Source: Ptychomitrium polyphyllum (taxonomy: Eukaryota). From it: DNA of 64,000 nucleotides. Position numbers and translations under genes: made by a program. Under the pieces are notes generated by a model that was given only the letters and a program-made list of their open reading frames with translations, was not told where the DNA came from and did not search any database. The DNA lies in contig OZ316775.1 in the NCBI GenBank assembly GCA_973851085.1, positions 12,710,001 through 12,774,000 of the forward strand, written 5' to 3'. Of the stretch, positions 1-13,200 are shown one piece after another. The first letter of the stretch is position 1. Each line of letters begins with the position of its first letter.

Positions 1-1637
1 TAGAGGATTATCCTCCTCACTTGGATGAAGATGCTCACCATCATCTTGTGAGGCTCCTCTGCTGGTCTTAAGGGTGGAAGTCGCCTTGCTCTCCCCCTCC
101 ATTGTTCCTTCACCTCCATCCACATCTCCACCTTCTTCCTTGGTTGTTGTGGAGGATGTGTCCACAATCACACCATTACTCCCACTTGGACACATCCCCA
201 AGTGCTCACAAGCACTCTTGTGCTCCAAGAACTCAACATCACGACTCTTGATGATCTTCTTGCTCTCCACACACATCAACCTATATGCTTTGCTGCCCTC
301 ACAGTAACCCAAGAACACACACTTTGTACCCTTTGCATCAAGCTTGGACCTCATGCAATCTTGAACCTTTGCATATGCAAGGCATCCGAAGGTCCTCATG
401 TGTGAAACACAAGGCTTCTTACCACTCCAAGCTTCTTCGGGGGTCATGGATGCAAGGGCACTTGTGGGGCACCTATTTCTTGTGTACACCGCATTCACCA
501 CCGCTTCCGCCCACAACTCATGTCCAAGATGTTGGGCATGAAGCATGCTCCTCGCCATCTCCACAATGGTGCGATTTGCCCTCTCAGCAACTCCATTTTG
601 TTGTGGAGTGTATGGAGTGGAGGTTTGCCTTGCAATGCCTTCACTCCTCAACAAGTCATCAAAACATTTGGATAAGAACTCACCACCATTATCCGAACGC
701 AACACCTTGATCTTGGACTCACATTGCTTCTCCACAAGCGCCTTGAACTCCTTGAATCTTGCAAAGCATTCGCTCTTGGCCTTGAGGATGAACACCCATA
801 CTTTCCTCGAATAATCATCAATGAAGGTGAGGAAGTACCTTGCTCCCCCGATGGATGGAGTCCTCATAGGCCCGCACACGTCGGAATGCACAATCTCCAA
901 CAATTTGCTTGCACGACTTGCCACTCCACTTGGAAACGACGCCCTTTGCTGCTTGCCTTGGATGCAAGCCTCACAAGCAAGTTCCTTGGCCTTGTGGCAT
1001 GTTGTACCGAGATCCAAGCCGCTTACCATGCCTTGGAGCTCCTTCATGGCCTTCACATTGAGGTGCCCAAGGCGCCCATGCCATATGCCAAACTTGTCTT
1101 GGTCTTGCCTCCCACAACAACCTCCACCACAATGGAACCCATTCCAATGGCCTCCACCACGCCATTGTCACCCATGAGCACACTAGTGGCTGCAATTGCC
1201 TCATAAGTATGGAATGAGCACTTGTAAGGAGTCATGTGCTTTGTGGCGCCCGAATCAACTATCCACTTGGACAAGGCCGCCATAGGCGCCCCCTCGCTTG
1301 CCATGAAGGCACAATCACCACCTCCAAGGTGGTCCATCACATGGTTGGCATCCTCCCTCTCTCCTTTCTTCGCCTTGAAGCAATTTCGAGCAAAATGACC
1401 TGGTTTTCCACACACAAAGCGCATTCGAAGATTTGGACGTTGATTAGAATAGGTGGCCTTGCCTTGCCTCGAGAAGAGGGCGGAGTCCTCACTTGAATTC
1501 GCCTTCTCCTTCCTCTTGGTGTCCTCGTGGCTCAATCTCGCCGTCACATAGTCCATGGTGAGGTCCTTGATGGGAATGGACTCCAAGGCCACTATGAGAT
1601 AGCTATAGGACTCCGGCAAGCTCATGAGCAATGTAAT
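1..1637 (-). pseudogene. Copy E0, downstream part: gag-PR-integrase fragment with 238-bp deletion, interrupted by a nested insertion
   Basis: Integrase and gag sequence match the other copies. Deletion junction TCTTGGTCTT at 1097-1106. Ends at TSD GTAAT 1633-1637. Confidence 0.9.
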
Positions 1638-2065
1638 TATTGAAGAAATGCAACAAAGCTAGTACAACAAGCAAGAAGAGAGAGAGCAAAGTTGCAACAA
1701 GAGAAGTGTGGAGCAAGATGACTCGCACTTCCAAAACCCCTTTACTTATACTTGAGAGTCATCCACCAAAATGTGCCACTTGGCGGCCATGCATTTGCCT
1801 CTACTATATGAGTGACATGTGGCGGCTAACCCTAACCCTAGCCGCCGTACCCGCCACCCTAACCCTAACGGCCGCCCTAACCCTAATGGCCGCCCTAACC
1901 TTAGCCGCCATACAAAACCCTTGTTGCCTTTTCTTAACCCTAGCCTCCATATCCCCTATAGCCTCTTTCCTCACACTCCTTTGACCATTAGCAACATATC
2001 ATGCTCTAAGTCTACACAAGGATACTTCAACTAGGATTACTTTATATGTTTCACACTTTGCAACA
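1638..2065 (-). repeat. LTR L1 (428 bp), 3' LTR of E1
   Basis: TATTG...CAACA on +. PPT on the right, TSD GTAAT on the left. Confidence 0.95.
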
Positions 2066-2083
2066 CTCCCACTTTGCTACTGG

Positions 2084-5000
2084 TCAAAGGGCCTTTAGTC
2101 CAATTGACCTCGTGAACAACTGGTGTCTATCTCTTACCAATGCTTTTGTCAACAAATCAGCAAGCATGCCCTCTGTTGCACAATACCTCATATCTATCAC
2201 TCCATCTTCAATCTTCTCTCTTATGAAGTGATGTTGGATGTCAATGTGCTTTGTTCGTGAGTGATGCTTGGGATTCTTGGCAAAGGCAAGACATCCTTGA
2301 TTGTCACACATGATGGGCGTTGCACCCAGTTGTACAAGTCCAATGTCCTCCAAGAGTTGCCTCAGCCACATTGCTTCCATTGCACCATGACTTGCCGCCA
2401 TGTACTCCGCCTCCATGGTTGACCTTGCAATTGTGGGTTGCCTCTTGCAGTTCCAAGAGATGGCTCCCACTCCAACAAAGAACACATACCCCGTTGTGGA
2501 GCGCCTATCATTTGCATCTCCAGCCCAATCCGCATCACAAAATCCCTGCAACTCAATGTTATCACCTCCCAGACACAACACAAAGTCCAAGGTGCCCTTC
2601 AAGTACCTCATGATCCTCTTGATGGTTGCCCAGTGCATGGGGCCGGCCTTGGACATGTGTTGGCTCACAACACTCACCGAAAACGCAAGATCAAACCTTG
2701 TGCCCACCATGGCATACATGAGGCATCCCACTCCGGCCTTGTATGGAACGCCTTGCATTTCGCCCTCCACTTGAGCATACTCCTCATCACTTAGCTTCAT
2801 CAACCTCAAGTTTGCCTCCAAAGGCGTTCCCACTGGCTTGCAGTCTTCCATGTTGAATCGCTTCAACACCTCTTCCATGTACTTCTTCTGGCTCATGGTG
2901 ATGGTCCTCTTTGCACGATCCCTCACAAATTCCACTCCAAGACAATAGTGTAACTCGCCCAAATCACTCATCTCAAACTCCTGCTCTAATTTGGCCTTCA
3001 ACCACTCTAGCTTCTCCGAAAGGTTGGCCAACATGATCAAGTCATCCACATAGAGAATCACAATCAACAAGAATTCCATGGTCTGCATCACATACAAGGA
3101 ATGATCCGCCTCACTTCTCACAAACCCTTCCTTCCTAAAGAATGCATCAATGCGTTGGTACCATGCCCTTGGCGATTGCTTAAGCCCGTACAAGGCCTTC
3201 TTCAACTTGCAAACAAGGTGTTCCAAGCCTTCATGTACAAACCCTGGAGGTTGCTCCATGTAGATGTCTTCTTCCAACTCTCCATTTAGAAAGGCCGTCT
3301 TCACATCCATCTGGTGCACCTCCAAGTCCATTGCCGCAGCTATGGCCAAGATGGTCCTAATGGTGGTGAACTTGGCCACAGGTGCAAAGGTCTCATTGAA
3401 GTCCACACCAGCAACTTGTGAGTATCCTTTGGCAACTAGCCTTACCTTGTGCCTCACAATTGCACCCGAAGCATCCCTCTTGCTTCTAAACACCCACTTG
3501 CAACCTATACAAGAACGATTTGGAGGAAGTTGAGTCAAGTGCCATGTGCCATTGTCCATGAGCGACTTGTACTCCTCTTCCATGGCCTTCTCTCAGTTCA
3601 TTGCATCCGTGGACTTCAAGGCATCGCACATAGTTAAAGGATCAACGAGGAGGGCAACATTGGCATGTTCTGCACTCACTTTTGGAAAGATGTGGTTCTT
3701 CCACCATTCACCAAGTGGCCTCCTCTCCCTCATGGGATACCTCCTTCCACTCATTGCAGGCCTCTCTTCTTGTAATGCATCCCCTTCTCCTTCACTTAGA
3801 GGATTATCCTCCTCACTTGGATGAAGATGCTCACCATCATCTTGTGAGGCTCCTCTGCTGGTCTTAAGGGTGGAAGTCGCCTTGCTCTCCCCCTCCATTG
3901 TTCCTTCACCTCCATCCACATCTCCACCTTCTTCCTTGGTTGTTGAGGATGTGTCCACAATCACACCATTACTCCCACTTGGACACATCTCCAAGTGCTC
4001 ACAAGCACTCTTGTGCTCCAAGAACTCAACATCACGACTCTTGATGATCTTCTTGCTCTCCACACACATCAACCTATATGCTTTGCTGCCCTCACAATAA
4101 CCAAAGAACACACACTTTGTACCCTTTGCATCAAGCTTGGACCTCATGCAATCTGGAACCTTTGCATATGCAAGGCATCCGAAGGTCCTCATGTGTGAAA
4201 CACAAGGCTTCTTACCACTCCAAGCTTCTTCAGGGGTCATGGATGCAAGGGCACTTGTGGGGCACCTATTTCTTGTGTACACCGCATTCACCACCGCTTC
4301 CGCCCACAACTCATGTCCAAGATGTTGGGCATGAAGCATGCTCCTCGCCATCTCCACAATGGTGCGATTTGCCCTCTCAGCAACTCCATTTTGTTGTGGA
4401 GTGTATGGAGTGGAGGTTTGCCTTGCAATGCCTTCACTCCTCAACAAGTCATCAAAACATTTGGATAAGAACTCACCACCATTATCCGAACGCAACACCT
4501 TGATCTTGGACTCACATTGCTTCTCCACGAGCGCCTTGAACTCCTTGAATCTTGCGAAGCATTCGCTCTTGGCCTTGAGGATGAACACCCATACTTTCCT
4601 CGAATAATCATCAATGAAGGTGAGGAAGTACCTTGCTCCCCCGATGGATGGAGTCCTCATAGGCCCGCACACGTCGGAATGCACAATCTCCAACAATTTG
4701 CTTGCACGACTTGCCACTCCACTTGGAAACGACGCCCTTTGCTGCTTGCCTTGGATGCAAGCCTCACAAGCAAGTTCCTTGGCCTTGTGGCATGTTGTAC
4801 CGATATCCAAGCCGCTTACCATGCCTTGGAGCTCCTTCATGGCCTTCACATTGAGGTGCCCAAGGCGCCCATGCCATATGCCAAACTTGTCTTGGTCTTC
4901 AATGAACTCAGCAAAGGCCGCCACCTCCACTCCATTCACCTTCTTACACTTGATGAAGTACAAGTTGCCATCCCTCAACCCCGTGGCAACCACATCTCCA

Positions 5001-6124
5001 CTCAATGACTTCACAATACATCCATTCACATTGAAATGAGCCACAAACCCTCCCATCACAAGTTTGCTCACCGAAAGGAGGTTGGACTTCATCTTTGGCA
5101 CATGCAGCACGTCCTTGAAGGTGATCCTCTTGGTCTTGCCTCCCACAACAACCTCCACCACAATGGAACCCATTCCAATGGCCTCCACCACGCCATTGTC
5201 ACCCATGAGCACACTAGTGGCTGCAATTGCCTCATAAGTATGGAATGAGCACTTGTAAGGAGTCATGTGCTTTGTGGCGCCCGAATCAACTATCCACTTG
5301 GATAGGGCCGCCATAGGCGCCCCCTCGCTTGCCATGAAGGCACAATCACCACCTCCAAGGTGGTCCATCACATGGTTGGCATCCTCCCTCTCTCCTTTCT
5401 TGGCCTTGAAGCAATTTCGAGCAAAATGACCTGGTTTTCCACACACAAAGCACGTTCGAAGATTTGGACGTTGATTAGAATAGGTGGCCTTGCCTTGCCT
5501 CGAGAAGAGGGCGGAGTCCTCACTTGAATTCGCCTTCTCCTTCCTCTTGGTGTCCTCGTGGCTCAATCTCGCCGTCACATAGTCCATGGTGAGGTCCTTG
5601 ATGGGAATGGACTCCAAGGCCACTATGAGATAGCTATAGGACTCCGGCAAGCTCATGAGCAATGTAATCACAACATCCGACTCCTCCAATGGCTTGTCCA
5701 CAATGGCAACTTGCCTTGCAAGGGCCTTCAACTTGTTAACATGCGCCATGAGGTCGTGGCCTTCTTCCATCTTGCAGTTCAAGAGCTTCCTCTTTGTGAA
5801 GATGATGTTGGAGAGGTTCTTGCTCTCATAGATGTTGCAAAGCGTCTTCCACGCTTCTGCTGGTCCAGTGCAAGAGATGATATGGGCGAAGTTGGCATCA
5901 TCAAGGTTGGTGGCAAGGATGCCAAAAGCCTTCTTCTCACGACGCTAGAACTCCTTCCTCTCCTTTGCATCTGCCGACAATGGTGGAGCAACCTCACTCT
6001 CATCTATGATGTCCCAAAGGTCCATAGAAGCCAACGAGAGCTCCATCCTAACCTTCCATTGGTAGAAGTTATCACCATGAAACTTTTGAATGACCCTAAG
6101 ACCTTCACCTTCACTCGAAGCCAT
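2084..6124 (-). pseudogene. Copy E1 gag-pol, full length with two nonsense codons (Q60stop at 5945-5947, W844stop at 3593-3595)
   Basis: Colinear with the 1346-aa ORF. The ORF track is split into 3593-5782 and 2084-3583. Confidence 0.92.
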
Positions 6125-6560
6125 GGCTTAAGAAGAGTGGTAACAAAACAAACCTTCAAACGAACTATTTCCTTGACTCCTATGCTTCTCACAAGTCTTC
6201 ACAACTATGAGTCCCAAGAAAAACCTTTCAACTCACTATGTCCACTCAATGAGCACACATATCAATGATCTCACAAGATAACAACACCAAGCACAACAAA
6301 ATGGTGTTAGGAAGCTTGAATCCAACAAAGACACTATCAAGGTCTTATCACCACTCAAAACAACTCACTATCCAAGGAGTTTCAACAACCACAACCCTAC
6401 TAGAGCTCAAGAAACATCAAACCAAGCACCTACATGTACAAAACTTCAAAGTTAGGCGTTTCTGACTATATCTTCAAAAACTATGAAGTGATCTTGCTCC
6501 ACACAAGAACAACAACTACAAAACACTTCAAGCTACTTCAAAAGGCACAACTAAGAGTGA

Positions 6561-6574
6561 GTGGGCCCATAACC
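6561..6574 (-). other. Primer-binding site GGTTATGGGCCCAC (half tRNA-iMet type); also at 8501, 9840, 14542, 22763, 24576, 29516, 37825, 42627, 47430
   Basis: Directly abuts the LTR end. The + strand GTGGGCCCATAACC equals the anticodon-arm sequence of plant initiator tRNA-Met. Confidence 0.9.
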
Positions 6575-7002
6575 TATTGAAGAAATGCAACAAAGCTAGT
6601 ACAACAAGCAAGAAGAGAGAGAGCAAAGTTGCAACAAGAGAAGTGTGGAGCAAGATGACTCGCACTTCCAAAACCCCTTTACTTATACTTGAGAGTCATC
6701 CACCAAAATGTGCCACTTGGCGGCCATGCATTTGCCTCTACTATATGAGTGACATGTGGCGGCTAACCCTAACCCTAGCCGCCGTAGCCGCCACCCTAAC
6801 CCTAACGGCCGCCCTAACCCTAATGGCCGCCCTAACCTTAGCCGCCATACAAAACCCTTGTTGCCTTTTCTTAACCCTAGCCTCCATATCCCCTATAGCC
6901 TCTTTCCTCACACTCCTTTGACCATTAGCAACATATCATGCTCTAAGTCTACACAAGGATACTTCAACTAGGATTACTTTATATGTTTCACACTTTGCAA
7001 CA
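6575..7002 (-). repeat. LTR L2 (428 bp), 5' LTR of E1; outer end joined to PR-region sequence of E2 (AGTTT...)
   Basis: PBS on the left; internal sequence instead of PPT on the right. Confidence 0.95.
6756..6847 (-). promoter_or_regulatory. U3 minisatellite (~18-bp units) with six TTAGGG hexamers and four AGCCGCC GCC boxes (shown for L2; similar in the other young LTRs)
   Basis: CCCTAACCCTAA dimers alternate with (A/G)GCCGCC. A candidate TATA (TATAAGTA, - strand) lies at 6680-6687. Function is inferred. Confidence 0.6.
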
Positions 7003-8066
7003 AGTTTGCTCACCGAAAGGAGGTTGGACTTCATCTTTGGCACATGCAGCACGTCCTTGAAGGTGATCCTCTTGGTCTTGCCTCCCACAACAACCTCCAC
7101 CACAATGGAACCCATTCCAATGGCCTCCACCACGCCATTGTCACCCATGAGCACACTAGTGGCTGCAATTGCCTCATAAGTATGGAATGAGCACTTGTAA
7201 GGAGTCATGTGCTTTGTGGCGCCCGAATCAACTATCCACTTGGATAGGGCCGCCATAGGCGCCCCCTCGCTTGCCATGAAGGCACAATCACCACCTCCAA
7301 GGTGGTCCATCACATGGTTGGCATCCTCCCTCTCTCCTTTCTTCGCCTTGAAGCAATTTCGAGCAAAATGACCTGGTTTTCCACACACAAAGCACGTTCG
7401 AAGATTTGGACGTTGATTAGAATAGGTGGCCTTGCCTTGCCTCGAGAAGAGGGCGGAATCCTCACTTGAATTCGCCTTTTCCTTCCTCTTGGTGTCCTCG
7501 TGGCTCAATCTCGCCGTCACATAGTCCATGGTGAGGTCCTTGATGGGAATGGACTCCAAGGCCACTATGAGATAGCTATAGGACTCCGGCAAGCTCATGA
7601 GCAATGTAATCACAACATCCGACTCCTCCAATGGCTTGTCCACAATGGCAACTTGCCTTGCAAGGGCCTTCAACTTGTTAACATGCGCCATGAGGTCGTG
7701 GCCTTCTTCCATCTTGCAGTTCAAGAGCTTCCTCTTTGTGAAGATGATGTTGGAGAGGTTCTTGCTCTCATAGATGTTGCAAAGCGTCTTCCACGCTTCT
7801 GCTGGTCCAGTGCAAGAGATGATATGGGCGAAGTTGGCATCATCAAGGTTGGTGGCAAGGATGCCAAAAGCCTTCTTCTCACGACGCTGGAACTCCTTCC
7901 TCTCCTTTGCATCTGCCGACAATGGTGGAGCAACCTCACTCTCATCTATGATGTCCCAAAGGTCCATAGAAGCCAACGAGAGCTCCATCCTAACCTTCCA
8001 TTGGTAGAAGTTATCACCATGAAACTTTTGAATGACCCTAAGACCTTCACCTTCACTCGAAGCCAT
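7003..8066 (-). pseudogene. Copy E2: gag and part of protease only, ending at LTR L2
   Basis: ORF 6936-8066 with zinc knuckle and DSG protease motif, reading into an LTR-derived tail. Confidence 0.9.
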
Positions 8067-8514
8067 GGCTTAAGAAGAGTGGTAACAAAACAAACCTTCA
8101 AACGAACTATTTCCTTGACTCCTATGCTTCTCACAAGTCTTCACAACTATGAGTCCCAAGAAAAACCTTTCAACTCACTATGTCCACTCAATGAGCACAC
8201 ATATCAATGATCTCACAAGATAACAACACCAAGCACAACAAAATGGTGTTAGGAAGCTTGAATCCAACAAAGACACTATCAAGGTCTTATCACCACTCAA
8301 AACAACTCACTATCCAAGGAGTTTCAACAACCACAACCCCAAGAGCTTAAGAAACATCAAACCAAGCACCTACATGTGCAAAACCTCAAAGTTAGGCGTT
8401 TCTAACTCTATCTTCAATAACTATGAAGTGATCTTGCTCCACACAAGAACAACAACTACAACACACTTCAAGCTACTTCAAAAGGCACAACTAAGAGTGT
8501 GTGGGCCCATAACC

Positions 8515-8942
8515 TATTGAAGAAATGCAACAAAGCTAATACAACAAGCAAGAAGAGAGAGAGCAAAGTTGCAACAAGAGAAGTGTGGAGCAAGATGACT
8601 CGCACTTCCAAAACCCCTTTACTTATACTTGAGAGTCATCCACCAAAATGTGCCACTTGGCGGCCATGCATTTGCCTCTACTATATGAGTGACATGTGGC
8701 GGCTAACCCTAACCCTAGCCGCCGTAGCCGCCACCCTAACCCTAACGGCCGCCCTAACCCTAATGGCCGCCCTAACCTTAGCCGCCATACAAAACCCTTG
8801 TTGCCTTTTCTTAACCCTAGCCTCCATATCCCCTATAGCCTCTTTCCTCACACTCCTTTGACCATTAGCAACATATCATGCTCTAAGTCTACACAAGGAT
8901 ACTTCAACTAGGATTACTTTATATGTTTCACACTTTGCAACA
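8515..8942 (-). repeat. LTR L3 (428 bp), 5' LTR of E2; flanked by TSD GTAAT 8943-8947
   Basis: PBS on the left; GTAAT and resumed E0 gag on the right. Confidence 0.95.
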
Positions 8943-9403
8943 GTAATCACAACATCCGACTCGTCCAATGGCTTGTCCACAATGGCAACTTGCCTTGCAA
9001 GGGCCTTCAACTTGTTCACATGCGCCTTGAGGTCGTGGCCTTCTTCCATCTTGCAGTTCAAGAGCTTCCTCTTTGTGAAGATGATGTTGGAGAGGTTCTT
9101 GCTCTCATAGATGTTGCAAAGCGTCTTCCACGCTTCTGCCGGTCCAGTGCAAGAGATGATATGGGCGAAGTTGGCATCATCAAGGTTGGTGGCAAGGATG
9201 CCAAAAGCCTTCTTCTCACGACGCTGGAACTCCTTCCTCTCCTTTGCATCTGCCGACAATGGTGGAGCAACCTCACTCTCATCTATGATGTCCCAAAGGT
9301 CCATAGAAGCCAACGAGAGCTCCATCCTAACCTTCCATTGGTAGAAGTTATCACCATGAAACTTTTGAATGACCCTAAGACCTTCACCTTCACTCGAAGC
9401 CAT
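8943..9403 (-). pseudogene. Copy E0, upstream part: N-terminal gag
   Basis: Continues exactly from 1637 once 1638-8942 and one TSD copy are removed. Confidence 0.9.
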
Positions 9404-9853
9404 GGCTTAAGAAGAGAGGTAACAAAACAAACCTTCAAACGAACTATTTCCTTGACTCCTATACTTCTCACAAGTCTTCACAACTATGAGTCCCAAGAAA
9501 AACCTTTCAACTCACTATGTCCACTCAATGAGCACACATATCAATGAACTCACAAGACAACAACACCAAGCACAACAAAATGGTGTTAGGAAGCTTCAAT
9601 CCAACAAAGACACTATCAAGGTCTTATCACCACTCAAAACAACTCACTATCCAAGGAGTTTCAACAACCACAACCCTACTAGAGCTCAAGAAACATCAAA
9701 CCAAGCACCTACATGTGCAAAACTTCAAAGTTAGGCGTTTCTAACTCTATCTTCAATAACTATGAAGTGATCTTGCTCCACACAAGAACAACAACTACAA
9801 AACACTTCAAGCTACTTCAAAAGGCACAACTAAGTGTGAGTGGGCCCATAACC

Positions 9854-10281
9854 TATTGAAGAAATGCAACAAAGCTAGTACAGCAAGCAAGAAGAGAGAG
9901 AGCAAAGTTGCAACAAGAGAAGTGTGGAGCAAGATGACTCCCACTTCCAAAACCCCTTTACTTATACTTGAGAGTCATCCACCAAAATGTGCCACTTGGC
10001 GGCCATGCATTTGCCTCCACTATATGAGTGACATGTGGCGGCTAACTCTAACCCTAGCCGCCGTAGCCGCCACCCTAACCCTAACGGCCGCCCTAACCCT
10101 AATGGCCGCCCTAACCCTAGCCGCCATACAAAACCCTTGTTGCCTTTTCTTAACCCTAGCCTCCATATCCCCTATAGCCTCTTTCCTCACACTCCTTTGA
10201 CCATTAGCAACATATCATGCTCTAAGTCTACACAAGGATACTTCAACTAGGATTACTTTATATGTTTCACACTTTGCAACC
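9854..10281 (-). repeat. LTR L4, shared between E0 and E3; terminal TG mutated to GG
   Basis: PBS on one side, PPT on the other, no TSD. 10281 is C where other LTRs have A. Confidence 0.93.
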
Positions 10282-10299
10282 CTCCCACTTTGCTACTGG

Positions 10300-13200
10300 T
10301 CAAAGGGCCTTTAATCCAATTGACCTCGTCAACAACTGGTGTCTATCTCTTACCAATGCTTTTGTCAACAAATCAGCAAGCATGCCCTCTGTTGCACAAT
10401 ACCTCATATCTATCACTCCATCTTCAATCTTCTCTCTTATGAAGTGATGTTGGATGTCAATGTGCTTTGTTCGTGAGTGATGCTTGGGATTCTTGGCAAA
10501 GGCAAGACATCCCTGATTGTCACACATGATGGGCGTTGCACCCAGTTGTACAAGTCCAATGTCCTCCAAGAGTTGCCTCAGCCACATTGCTTCCATTGCA
10601 CCATGACTTGCCGCCATGTACTCCGCCTCCATGGTTGACCTTGCAATTGTGGGTTGCCTCTTGCAGTTCCAAGAGATGGCTCCCACTCCAACAAAGAACA
10701 CATACCCCGTTGTGGAGCGCCTATCATTTGCATCTCCAGCCCAATCCGCGTCGCAAAATCCCTGCAACTCAATGTTATCACCTCCCAGACACAACACAAA
10801 GTCCAAGGTGCCCTTCAAGTACCTCATGATCCTCTTGATGGTTGCCCAGTGCATGGGGCCGGCCTTGGACATGTGTTGGCTCACAACACTCACCGAAAAC
10901 GCAAGATCAAACCTTGTGCCCACCATGGCATACATGAGGCACCCCACTCCGGCCTTGTATGGAACGCCTTGCATTTCGCCCTCCACTTGAGCATACTCCT
11001 CATCACTTAGCTTCATCAACCTCAAGTTTGCCTCCAAAGGCGTTTCCACTGGCTTGCAGTCTTCCATGTTGAATCGCTTCAACACCTCTTCCATGTACTT
11101 CTTCTGGCTCATGGTGATGGTCCTCTTTGCACGATCCCTCACAAATTCCACTCCAAGACAATAGTGTAACTCGCCCAAATCACTCATCTCAAACTCCTGC
11201 TCTAATTTGGCCTTCAACCACTCTAGCTTCTCCGAAAGGTTGGCCAACATGATCAAGTCATCCACATAGAGAATCACAATCAACAAGAATTCCATGGTCT
11301 GCATCACATACAAGGAATGATCCGCCTCACTTCTCACAAACCCTTCCTTCCTAAAGAATGCATCAATGCGTTGGTACCATGCCCTTGGCGATTGCTTAAG
11401 CCCGTACAAGGCCTTCTTCAACTTGCAAACAAGGTGTTCCAAGCCTTCATGTACAAACCCTGGAGGTTGCTCCATGTAGATGTCTTCTTCCAACTCTCCA
11501 TTTAGAAAGGCCGTCTTCACATCCATCTGGTGCACCTCCAAGTCCATTGCCGCAGCTATGGCCAAGATGGTCCTAATGGTGGTGAACTTGGCCACAGGTG
11601 CAAAGGTCTCATTGAAGTCCACACCAGCAACTTGTGAGTATCCTTTGGCAACTAGCCTTGCCTTGTGCCTCACAATTGCACCCGAAGCATCCCTCTTGGT
11701 TCTAAACACCCACTTGCAACCTATGCAAGAACGATTTGGAGGAAGTTGAGTCAAGTGCCATGTGCCATTGTCCATCAGCGACTTGTACTCCTCTTCCATG
11801 GCCTTCTCTCAGTTCATTGCATCCGTGGACTTCAAGGCATCGCACATAGTTAAAGGATCAACGAGGAGGGCAACATTGGCATGTTCTGCACTCACTTTTG
11901 GAAAGATGTGGTTCTTCCACCATTCACCAAGTGGCCTCCTCTCCCTCATGGGATACCTCCTTCCACTCATTGCAGGCCTCTCTTCTTGTAATGCATCCCC
12001 TTCTCCTTCACTTAGAGGATTATCCTCCTCACTTGGATGAAGATGCTCACCATCATCTTGTGAGGCTCCTCTGCTGGTCTTAAGGGTGGAAGTCGCCTTG
12101 CTCTCCCCCTCCATTGTTCCTTCACCTCCATCCACATCTCCACCTTCTTCCTTGGTTGTTGTGGAGGATGTGTCCACAATCACACCATTACTCCCACTTG
12201 GACACATCCCCAAGTGCTCACAAGCACTCTTGTGCTCCAAGAACTCAACATCACGACTCTTGATGATCTTCTTGCTCTCCACACACATCAACCTATATGC
12301 TTTGCTGCCCTCACAGTAACCCAAGAACACACACTTTGTACCCTTTGCATCAAGCTTGGACCTCATGCAATCTGGAACCTTTGCATATGCAAGGCATCCG
12401 AAGGTCCTCATGTGTGAAACACAAGGCTTCTTACCACTCCAAGCTTCTTCGGGGGTCATGGATGCAAGGGCACTTGTGGGGCACCTATTTCTTGTGTACA
12501 CCGCATTCACCACCGCTTCCGCCCACAACTCATGTCCAAGATGTTGGGCATGAAGCATGCTCCTCGCCATCTCCACAATGGTGCGATTTGCCCTCTCAGC
12601 AACTCCATTTTGTTGTGGAGTGTATGGAGTGGAGGTTTGCCTTGCAATGCCTTCACTCCTCAACAAGTCATCAAAACATTTGGATAAGAACTCACCACCA
12701 TTATCCGAACGCAACACCTTGATCTTGGACTCACATTGCTTCTCCACGAGCGCCTTGAACTCCTTGAATCTTGCGAAGCATTCGCTCTTGGCCTTGAGGA
12801 TGAACACCCATACTTTCCTCGAATAATCATCAATGAAGGTGAGGAAGTACCTTGCTCCCCCGATGGATGGAGTCCTCATAGGCCCGCACACGTCGGAATG
12901 CACAATCTCCAACAATTTGCTTGCACGACTTGCCACTCCACTTGGAAACGACGCCCTTTGCTGCTTGCCTTGGATGCAAGCCTCACAAGCAAGTTCCTTG
13001 GCCTTGTGGCATGTTGTACCGAGATCCAAGCCGCTTACCATGCCTTGGAGCTCCTTCATGGCCTTCACATTGAGGTGCCCAAGGCGCCCATGCCATATGC
13101 CAAACTTGTCTTGGTCTTGCCTCCCACAACAACCTCCACCACAATGGAACCCATTCCAATGGCCTCCACCACGCCATTGTCACCCATGAGCACACTAGTG

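Noticed and set aside
4890..5137. 238-bp deletion as a spliced-out intron
   Set aside because: No GT donor at the boundary on the sense strand; a 10-bp direct repeat explains it.
6554..6574. Bipartite PBS extension (AGAGTG matching the tRNA 5' end)
   Set aside because: Only 6 bp and changed to AGTGTG in several copies.
6761..6840. True telomere or chromosome-end healing site; CRISPR-like array
   Set aside because: Hexamers occur only as short interrupted units inside each LTR; there is no long tract, no unique spacers and no cas genes.
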